Shown in pieces: positions 56,337 to 64,000 of a stretch of DNA of 64,000 bases. The stretch is from Candidatus Zixiibacteriota bacterium (GTDB taxonomy: Bacteria > Zixibacteria > MSB-5A5 > UBA10806 > 4484-95): NCBI GenBank assembly GCA_037441845.1, contig JBBIRK010000001.1, positions 561,284 through 625,283 on the forward strand, read 5' to 3'. Both the position numbers and the translations under genes were made by a program. The notes under the pieces are model-generated. The model saw nothing but the letters and a program-made list of their open reading frames with translations, did not search any database and was not told the DNA's origin. Within the stretch, counting starts at the first letter, position 1. Each line of letters starts with the position of its first letter.

Positions 56337-58706
56337 TTACGGGGGCGGGAAAAAATGACAGTGGCTCAATGTCGCCGATCCTTTGAAATAGGCTGCCAAC
56401 CGAGTGATATCCGATCCCCTGAATTCACAATTTCCGTTGACATCGCCGGCCACATACAAATACGCCGATGTCGAATCGAGATAACAGCTGTCGGGAGGCG
56501 GCGTCCCTATTCCCTTGAAATAACGCACACCGAAAGTGACATCGCCGCCGATCCGGTTGCCATCGCCGTTTATATCGCCGGGTATATAGAGGCAGTTTCG
56601 CTCGGAGCGCATAGACATTTCGATCCAGGTGTCGTGCCCTGCGGCAAGCCATGCCCCATATATAGCGGTGTCGCTCAGCCCCGAACCGGTGAACAGCAAA
56701 TCGTAATAGCCGGTCCTGAGGCTGTCGAAAACGAAGCCGCCGCTGGAGTCGGTCACCGCGAATCGCAAACTGTCCGCGATAATCACCTCGACACCGGCCA
56801 GCGGCTCAAGTGAATCATCGACCACAATCCCGGTAAGGCGTCCGAATCCGCCGTTGAAATCGGTCGTGAAAACGAGCGCCGAATAATAGTCGGCCGCCAC
56901 CAATCGGCCATCGCTGCCCAGCGAAATCTGGATCGCATCACCCGGGGTGTCGCCGTGAAACACGGAAACCGGCGAAGAAGGATTGGAGGCATCCAGAACA
57001 CGGATACCGCCGTCATAGTCGGCCACATAGGCGAAAACGCCATCGACCAAGACCGATCTCGCCGATCCCGGCGTGTTATAGCTTCCCGCAAAAACCGGGT
57101 TTGAGGGATTGGCGATGTTGATTATCTGAAGCCCGGAGGCGTAATCGGCCACGAACGCATAATCGCCCGCGATACATATATCATTGGCAAATCCCGGCGT
57201 ATTATATGCGCCGATTGCGACGGGAAAGGCGGGGTCGGAGACATCGACGATCTGGATTCCCGGCGACCCCACCGCCAGAAATGCCAAAGAGTCTTTTAGG
57301 AATACACCCAAGGCATTGGCCGCGGTGGCGAAACTCCCCACCGAAAAAATAGAATCGGGATCGGCGATATTCAGAATCTGCAGCCCGCCGCTGCGATCGG
57401 CCACGTACGCATAAGGCCCCCTGATTTCGATATCGTTGGCGGCCCCCGGCGTGTCAAATGTGCTTGACAGAACGGGGTTTTGCGGATCGGCAACGTCGAG
57501 AGCGATCACTCCGGCGCTGAAATCGGCCACGAACAGATGATCTCCGGCGGCGAAAACGTTCTTGGCCACACCCGGGGTGTTGAAATAAGAAAGCGCTCGT
57601 GGTCGGGATGCATCGCCGATGTCGACCACTGCTATACCGGCCGCCTCGCAGGCGGCGAAAGCAAGCCGCCCACGGGCAAAAACTCCAACCACGTTGCCCG
57701 GCGAAAATCCACCCAAGAGTGACGGGTTTGCCGGGTTGGATATGTTGATGATCCGCAACCCTTGCGGGCCATCGGCCAAATAAGCCCTTTGGCCTGACAC
57801 ATCCACTCCTTTCGTCAATCCGCCTGATAGGTAACGGCCGACGAAAAAGGGGATCGCCGGGTTGGCGATATTGACTATCTGCAGGCCGGAGTCGCTGTCG
57901 GCTATAAAGGCATAATCTCCTGATAAAGCAAGATCGACCGCCGCCGAAGGGGAGTCCCAATTTCCAACGAACACCGGATTGGCGGGATTGCCGATATCGA
58001 TAATCAAAAGGCCGTCGGGGCCGTCGGCGACATAAGCGTAGCCGTTACGCACCACCACATCATTGGCCAATCCGGGTGTGGCGTATCCGCCGATCGAATC
58101 AGGCAATGCCGGGTCGGTGACATCGATAATTTGCAAACCGCCGGTATAGTCGGCCACGAAAGCCGTATTACCGACCACCTGAATGCTATGGGCGAATCCC
58201 GGAGTCTGGTAACTCGATACGAATTGAGGGTTCGAAGGATTACCGATGTTGATGATATGTATTCCCAGGTAATCATCGGCGATATACGCGTAAGCGCCGG
58301 ATACGCAAATGCCGATAGCAGATCCGGGCGTGTTATAAGTCGATAAGACCGTCGGCGCCACCGGATCATTGATGTCGAGGATTTTCAGGCCGGAGTCGGC
58401 GTTGGCAATAAAAGCATGGCTGCCGTCGATATAGATGCCGTAGGTGAAATCGGCGAAAGCATAGCCACCGATCGTCTGAATGTTCTGGGGATCGGCTGTC
58501 GAGTATATTTGTAGTGTTTTGCCGCCGGTAACATAGGCGTAGCCTCCCTCGATCCAGACGTAGCCGGCGCTGCCGCAGTGGAGGGTTGACCCCATAAGAG
58601 AGACTTGCTGGGCGGTCGAGGGAGCGATCGGCCAGCATAGCAACAGACCGGCGATAAGGAGCCGATGCAACAAGAAGCTGCCGATAATATCAGATATTCT
58701 TTTCAT
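56337..58706 (-). CDS. Exported LVIVD-repeat beta-propeller protein with CarboxypepD_reg-like and dockerin-like C-terminal domains
   Basis: Signal peptide; about 13-14 repeats of YNTPG.A....V.G.YAYVAD...GLQII.I.NP..P; GDINGDG...GDVNGNC tail. Confidence 0.86.
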   Translation of the reverse strand: MKRISDIIGSFLLHRLLIAGLLLCWPIAPSTAQQVSLMGSTLHCGSAGYVWIEGGYAYVTGGKTLQIYSTADPQNIQTIGGYAFADFTYGIYIDGSHAFIANADSGLKILDINDPVAPTVLSTYNTPGSAIGICVSGAYAYIADDYLGIHIINIGNPSNPQFVSSYQTPGFAHSIQVVGNTAFVADYTGGLQIIDVTDPALPDSIGGYATPGLANDVVVRNGYAYVADGPDGLLIIDIGNPANPVFVGNWDSPSAAVDLALSGDYAFIADSDSGLQIVNIANPAIPFFVGRYLSGGLTKGVDVSGQRAYLADGPQGLRIINISNPANPSLLGGFSPGNVVGVFARGRLAFAACEAAGIAVVDIGDASRPRALSYFNTPGVAKNVFAAGDHLFVADFSAGVIALDVADPQNPVLSSTFDTPGAANDIEIRGPYAYVADRSGGLQILNIADPDSIFSVGSFATAANALGVFLKDSLAFLAVGSPGIQIVDVSDPAFPVAIGAYNTPGFANDICIAGDYAFVADYASGLQIINIANPSNPVFAGSYNTPGSARSVLVDGVFAYVADYDGGIRVLDASNPSSPVSVFHGDTPGDAIQISLGSDGRLVAADYYSALVFTTDFNGGFGRLTGIVVDDSLEPLAGVEVIIADSLRFAVTDSSGGFVFDSLRTGYYDLLFTGSGLSDTAIYGAWLAAGHDTWIEMSMRSERNCLYIPGDINGDGNRIGGDVTFGVRYFKGIGTPPPDSCYLDSTSAYLYVAGDVNGNCEFRGSDITRLAAYFKGSATLSHCHFFPPP

Positions 58707-58965
58707 CGCATATTCCGATCGCGCTATATGCAGACATTTATAAAATTAAGTTGCCGCCGGTGAATGTCAAGGATTTGTTCGCCGCGGAACCGCCCCAGGC
58801 ACAAAAATGAAGTTGATAACGGAAAGGTTGCGCTTTCGTTAAATATATCGGGTGGCTTTCTCCGTTCCGCGGAACAAACTTTTCTGTCGTCATGTTCAGC
58901 ATACTGAATCGTTTGAGCAACGAAACCTGACGATACTTGTCCGGCTGAACGTACATGGAGAAAAT

Positions 58966-59877
58966 ATGCGATCTCGTATTCTCGAAGATATGAAAAGCAA
59001 GCCCGATTGGCTTAAGGTAAGAGCCAGTTATAACAGCACCTACCTTGAGGTCAAGGAGCTGATAAAAGAATCGAACCTGCACACGGTTTGTCAGGAGGCG
59101 AACTGCCCGAATATCGCGGAGTGTTTCGGAGCGCGCACGGCCACGTTCATGATTTTGGGCGACACCTGTACCCGCACCTGTCGTTTCTGCAATGTGAACA
59201 AGGGTCGGCCGAAAGGTTATGATACCGACGAACCACGCCGGGTGGCCGAGGCCTGCGCCCGCCTGAATCTGCGGTTTGCGGTGATAACCTCGGTGACCCG
59301 CGATGACCTTCCCGACGGCGGCGCCGCCATATTCGCCGAAACGACGAGGCTGATTAAATCGCACAATCCGTCATGCCGCGTGGAACTGCTTATCCCCGAC
59401 TTAAAGGGGGACTGGCGGGCGCTCGAGACGATATTGGATGCGAACCCCGATGTTTTGGCGCACAATCTCGAAACCGTCCCGCGCCTTTATCCTCAAGTAA
59501 GGCCGGAGGCGGAATACGAGCGGTCGCTCGAGTTGCTGGCCAAATCATACGAATTGCGGCCGGATATTATCGTGAAAACCGGTATCATGGCCGGTTTGGG
59601 CGAGGAAGACGATGAAATCGTGCACTTGTTCGCCGATGCCCATGACCATCATTGTCAGATTTTAACCATAGGCCAGTATCTCAGGCCCTCGTATTGGCAT
59701 CATCCCGTGATCGAATACAAACATCCGGATTGGTTCGCAGAAATGAAAACCGTCGGCGAGAAAATCGGCATAACCCATATCGAGTCGGGACCTCTGGTGC
59801 GAAGCTCTTACCTTGCTCACAAGCAGGTGGCCGAGTTTAAGGAAAAAATCCGACAGCGAAACTCCGCCGCATTTTGA
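58966..59877 (+). CDS. lipA: Lipoyl synthase
   Basis: KPDWLK, CQEANCPNIAEC, CTRTCRFC, VITSVTRDDL, HNLETV, GQYLRPS, GPLVRSSY; GGAG RBS before ATG 58966 (alternative 58990). Confidence 0.96.
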   Translation: MRSRILEDMKSKPDWLKVRASYNSTYLEVKELIKESNLHTVCQEANCPNIAECFGARTATFMILGDTCTRTCRFCNVNKGRPKGYDTDEPRRVAEACARLNLRFAVITSVTRDDLPDGGAAIFAETTRLIKSHNPSCRVELLIPDLKGDWRALETILDANPDVLAHNLETVPRLYPQVRPEAEYERSLELLAKSYELRPDIIVKTGIMAGLGEEDDEIVHLFADAHDHHCQILTIGQYLRPSYWHHPVIEYKHPDWFAEMKTVGEKIGITHIESGPLVRSSYLAHKQVAEFKEKIRQRNSAAF

Positions 59878-59918
59878 TTTGCGCAACAGGCGGAGACGAA
59901 AGCCCTGCGCTGCGGCGG

Positions 59919-60917
59919 CTAATGTATCGCCTTTAGGATTATATAGCTGAGGATTGCGAATATCCCCGCTCCGGGGAACGTGAATATCCACGCCAGCAAT
60001 ATGTTTCTCACCACTTGCCAACGGATGTTGCCGATACGCTCGGCCATGGCTCCTCCGGCGATCGCGCTGGCGGCAACCTGGGTGGTCGAGATCGGAGCGC
60101 CGGTCAACGATGCCGCCAGGATCACGGTGCCGGCCGCCGTTTCCGCGGCGCAACCGATGATCGGCTCGTGTAGGTTGGTCATTTTCCGCCCCATGGCCTT
60201 GATAATGCGCCAGCCGCCCACGGAGGTTCCCAAACCTATAATGAAAGCCGAGGCCAAACGCACCCAGAAAGGAATGGCGAACGTCTGAATCGAACCGGCC
60301 GTGAGCAGCGCGATCGTAATCACCCCCATGGCATTTTGGGCGTCGTTCATCCCATGGGTGAGCGCCACAAACGCCGCCGAAACGACCTGGATTTTTTTGA
60401 AAATGCGCGCTGATCTCCGGTATCGCATGCCGTTTACGATCCAGCTGAAAGCGATCATGGTGATCGCTCCGAGCAATGCTCCCGCCAGCGGCGAAATTAT
60501 CATGGCCAAAATTATTTTACGTATGCCTTTCATCATCAAGATGCCGAAATCGAATCCACTGACGAACAGCGCGACACCGGCCAGACCGCCCACGAGGGCA
60601 TGGGTCGATGACGACGGCAGACCGAAATACCAGGTGAAGTATCCCCACAAGATCGCTCCGACCACCCCGGCCAAGAGCATCGGCATGGTTATCAATTCGC
60701 TGGAGACAATTCCTTTGCCGATCGTGTAAGCCACGGCCGTATGCATCATGGCCCCCACAAAATTGAGGGTTCGGGCCAGGATTATGGCGTTCCGCGGGGA
60801 TAGGGCATGGGTTGCAACCGTAGTGGCGATCGCATTCGCCGCATCGTGAAAGCCGTTTACGAAATCGTAGAGGAGAGCCGCCGCCACGATCAGCGCCAGT
60901 AATACGTGGTCAGACAT
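59919..60917 (-). CDS. PiT family inorganic phosphate transporter
   Basis: NGFHDAANAIAT, GLPSSSTHALVGGL, HGMNDAQNAMG, GGWRII, PISTTQ. Confidence 0.93.
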   Translation of the reverse strand: MSDHVLLALIVAAALLYDFVNGFHDAANAIATTVATHALSPRNAIILARTLNFVGAMMHTAVAYTIGKGIVSSELITMPMLLAGVVGAILWGYFTWYFGLPSSSTHALVGGLAGVALFVSGFDFGILMMKGIRKIILAMIISPLAGALLGAITMIAFSWIVNGMRYRRSARIFKKIQVVSAAFVALTHGMNDAQNAMGVITIALLTAGSIQTFAIPFWVRLASAFIIGLGTSVGGWRIIKAMGRKMTNLHEPIIGCAAETAAGTVILAASLTGAPISTTQVAASAIAGGAMAERIGNIRWQVVRNILLAWIFTFPGAGIFAILSYIILKAIH

Positions 60918-61689
60918 TAACCGCCACCATCCGCTTCAGACTGGCCGCCACATCGGTGCAGGCGTCGGTGGCTTTTTCCAGCTCGACATAGACCTCGCGC
61001 AAAATGAAAAAGATGGCCACATGCCGCACGTATTGAACTATGAATCGATCGACGGCCAGCAGATCGGAGAAGCTGCAATCTTCAGGGTTTCCACTGCAGA
61101 GCGAATCTATCATCTTTTCGGCGTCGATTCTGTTCTGTCTGATTTCCGCGAATCGACGGCTCAACCCCTCGTGATAGATCAGGTCCGCCTGAATTTCGAA
61201 TCTGGTGATCGTGTTATAGAAAGTGCTTAGCCGGCGGTTGTGGGGCAGATCGCGGACGGCGTTTTGGATTTCCAGGCAGGCGTTGTGGATTACCGGCGCC
61301 AACTCGCGCATCTCTTTGTCGCTCGAGGGGAAATTATAGATAACGTAGCGGTTGGCGGCGTGTTTGATGAATTTGATCACCCGCGTCAAGTTAAGCGTAA
61401 GCTCCATTATCTCCGAGCGTTCGAATGGGGGTTGCTGCGAAACTCGCAACAATTCCTCCACCGAGTTACTGACCTTGGTGCACATTATGAATCTGTTGTG
61501 AATCGACTCCTCGATTTCGCGGCGATCGCGATCGGGGGCCTTGAACAGCTCTATGAGATTGACGCTCGCCTGCACGTTGTGTTCCGCCATCTGGTTGAAT
61601 AATTCATAGAATTTTTTATCTTTTGGCGGCAGTAATCTGATATTCTTAATTTTCGACCATAAGCTGTTTCGAGCGATCAGGTCGTTCAT
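60910..61689 (-). CDS. DUF47 / PhoU-like PiT accessory protein
   Basis: LLP....FYELF, PFERSEI, E.QAD, REVY..LEKATD.C.DVA; overlaps the PiT start. Confidence 0.8.
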   Translation of the reverse strand: MNDLIARNSLWSKIKNIRLLPPKDKKFYELFNQMAEHNVQASVNLIELFKAPDRDRREIEESIHNRFIMCTKVSNSVEELLRVSQQPPFERSEIMELTLNLTRVIKFIKHAANRYVIYNFPSSDKEMRELAPVIHNACLEIQNAVRDLPHNRRLSTFYNTITRFEIQADLIYHEGLSRRFAEIRQNRIDAEKMIDSLCSGNPEDCSFSDLLAVDRFIVQYVRHVAIFFILREVYVELEKATDACTDVAASLKRMVAVNV

Positions 61690-61812
61690 GGCGCTTCATT
61701 CCTTCCTTACCTATATAATCCCTCTATAAAACCGAAAATATGATCATGTTCGGTTGCTGTCAATATCATCACCCCGATAACGCCGACTTATTTTTCCGTC
61801 GATCGAGGCATA

Positions 61813-62496
61813 TTATTTTCTCATGCGGTATTCGCAGAAGACCGCCGATTCCTCGACCTCTGTTATCCGGAAGTCGAGTTTGAGTTTAGCCGCGATTTCC
61901 GCGAAACGATCAGAGGAAAAAGTGACGGCGCGGAAGCCGTCTTTGCAGATAATGACGCCGTCGATGCATTTTTCCCATTCGATAGGTCCGATAAGCCCGA
62001 GTTCGGCCTGAATTTCGAACCACTCGATCCGATAAGGCCAAAATTTATCGAGATAGCTCGAAAAGAATGCTCTGCCGTTTTTTTTAAGCACGGAGATCGA
62101 TTCGCTTATCAAAACCTCCGGGGCGATTTTTATGGCGGAGATTCCGTTTTGGATACAAACGACGAGATCGAATGTTTCCTTTTTGAATCCGAGCGCGCCG
62201 GCATCCATGAGGCAATAATGCGTATTGGAAGATTCGGTTGACGACTCCGCTGCGAGTCGAATGCTGTCGCTCGATATATCGATCCCCACCGCGAAAGCTG
62301 CTCGTTCCGCCAGTTTCTCGATCACCCGGCCGTAGCCGCAACCCAGTTCGAGAAGATAGTCCGTCGATCTCGTGTGTCCGGCGACGAACTCGATTTCGGC
62401 GTTGAGATATCGTTTTACCCTTGGCGGGGCGCAATCGTAGGCTTTCTGCAGCCTTTGGGCCATGAGGGAATTTTTATAATAATCGCCCGGTCTCAT
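61813..62496 (-). CDS. Class I SAM-dependent methyltransferase
   Basis: LLELGCGYGR, GIDIS, MDA..L.F...TFDLVVC, LKKNG. Confidence 0.88.
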   Translation of the reverse strand: MRPGDYYKNSLMAQRLQKAYDCAPPRVKRYLNAEIEFVAGHTRSTDYLLELGCGYGRVIEKLAERAAFAVGIDISSDSIRLAAESSTESSNTHYCLMDAGALGFKKETFDLVVCIQNGISAIKIAPEVLISESISVLKKNGRAFFSSYLDKFWPYRIEWFEIQAELGLIGPIEWEKCIDGVIICKDGFRAVTFSSDRFAEIAAKLKLDFRITEVEESAVFCEYRMRK

Positions 62497-62819
62497 TCAC
62501 GGCTATTATACGACAGGTTTCAGCAAAGAACAAATGATTGGGGATAAAATGGCTTTTTTATCTTGACATCTATTTCCGGGATTTGGTTTTGAAATGATCA
62601 GCTCGGATTGCCTTTTCGCCTGATCATGTCCGCACCAATCATCCACGATTTGTTCATAATTTGGCCAGCATGGACCTTATAAATTCTCCATTTTTGACGA
62701 TTCAATATTCGATGTTTCAAAGTGTTACGAAATCTCCAAACTTTGGCATTCGCGGCATGGATATTGACCAATAGCTGTATGCGGGTAAGGCGTTGACTGA
62801 TATCAACGCAGGAGGAATT

Positions 62820-64000
62820 ATGACGAACGCATGCGGCACAATTGAAAGCGGATCTGGAAAATGCGGTATCGGCCGACGAGCATATAGGCCGTTGATTACA
62901 GCTGTGCTGTGCCTGGCCGCATCTTTCGCGCCCGAACGGGCCGCCGTGTCGGCAAATTCAACCGCAGTCGATTCGAATGCCATATTGCAGCCTGCGGGTC
63001 GAATTTCGGAGACATCGCCATCGATCCCGGGGCCGCGATTGGTGAGCGAATTCGGCAGTATAGAGCTGAGCTGGCTGGCCCCGGGCGATGACGGCCTTAT
63101 CGGAACCGCCGATCGTTATATCGTAAAATATGCGTCGTTTCCGATCAATCTCGCCAATTGGGATTCGGCAACGGAAGCGCCCGATCCGCCCGCCCCGTTG
63201 CCTTCGGGAACCCCCCAGACGTTCACGATCGGAGGGCTGGAAAAGGGACGGCCGTATTATGTCGCCATGAGAGTGGCCGACGACTGCCATAATCTGTCGG
63301 CCTTATCCGATGTGATCCTGGTGACGGCCAGCGGCTTGGCTGTGCCGCAACCGGTGCGGACCGATATCGATACGATCAACGGAACGGCGGCGGCGGTGGC
63401 AAGGGTTATTTCCGCTTCCCTGCCGGTTTATTACGAATTCGAATTGGATACCATTTTCCTTTTCGACAACCCGGTTTTACAAATCGGCATGGTGGCCGAT
63501 ACCGTGGTTTCCTCGACTTTCGGTAATCTGCGAAGCGGCCTGACCTATTTCTGGCGTTGTCGGGCGGTCGCCTCGGACCATTCGGATACGAGCTACTGGT
63601 CGTATTTTTCGATGTTCGAAATGCAGATACACGATGGCATCAGTCCAACCGTAACGGTGGGTTCTCCCAACGGCGGCGAGAGTTTGGCGATCGGTTCGAT
63701 TCACGTTATAACCTGGACCGACAGCGACAATGTAGGGATAACCTCACATCGTATCGAGTATTCCACCAATGCCGGTTCCACCTGGATAGTGATCCGCGAT
63801 TGGACCGCCGGCGATCCCCATAACTATCTCTGGACGGTTCCCAATGTCTCCACGACCCGCGCACGCATACGGATATTCTGCCGCGACGATGCCGGCAATA
63901 TCGGCAACGACGTTTCGAATGCGAATTTCACTATTCGACAGTCGGGCAGCCTTATCGATGAGCGTTACGCGGAGATTCCCGAGCGGTATTCGCTTGCCCC
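62820..64000 (+). CDS. Secreted fibronectin-III/Ig-domain protein (partial, runs off window end; absent from the ORF track)
   Basis: GGAGG RBS, ATG 62820, no stop to 64000 by manual translation; LSWLAPGDDG..GTA..Y, TYFWRCRA, VTVGSPNGGE...IEYSTNAGSTW; ends IPERYSLA(P), resembling the lead-in to a CTD. Confidence 0.85.
   Translation, partial: MTNACGTIESGSGKCGIGRRAYRPLITAVLCLAASFAPERAAVSANSTAVDSNAILQPAGRISETSPSIPGPRLVSEFGSIELSWLAPGDDGLIGTADRYIVKYASFPINLANWDSATEAPDPPAPLPSGTPQTFTIGGLEKGRPYYVAMRVADDCHNLSALSDVILVTASGLAVPQPVRTDIDTINGTAAAVARVISASLPVYYEFELDTIFLFDNPVLQIGMVADTVVSSTFGNLRSGLTYFWRCRAVASDHSDTSYWSYFSMFEMQIHDGISPTVTVGSPNGGESLAIGSIHVITWTDSDNVGITSHRIEYSTNAGSTWIVIRDWTAGDPHNYLWTVPNVSTTRARIRIFCRDDAGNIGNDVSNANFTIRQSGSLIDERYAEIPERYSLA

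Overview
Chromosomal window from a diderm bacterium that spans the probable replication origin. The many T9SS-type C-terminal domains, a PorV homologue and dockerin-like tails suggest a non-Bacteroidetes FCB-group lineage such as Zixibacteria; this is an inference, not a database result. Core genes are the rpoN 3' end, hpf, hprK, mlaD and a GH57 gene; pcrA/uvrD; a tRNA(CAU); dnaA; dnaN-recF-coaX; mnmE-mnmG-rsmG-parA-parB-M23-bactofilin with two parS sites; lipA; and DUF47-PiT. They are interleaved with many secreted proteins. Main observations: (1) an 83-aa, four-Cys dockerin-like C-terminal tag is almost identical on three unrelated exported proteins and never co-occurs with the T9SS-type CTD. 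(2) A two-gene module (autochaperone fibre plus small tagged protein) lies between the tRNA gene and a 37-bp copy of its 3' end, which can still fold into a tRNA-like acceptor/T arm. (3) A six-gene TonB-receptor/PorV cluster has no SusD. (4) recF is split at an A9 / A-AAA-AAG slippery site. (5) A structured dnaA leader has alternative pairings. (6) The origin region is rearranged, with dnaN-recF facing dnaA between two inverted S8 protease paralogues. (7) A Fic protein has Tyr in place of the catalytic His. No CRISPR array, rRNA, integrase or transposase was seen.
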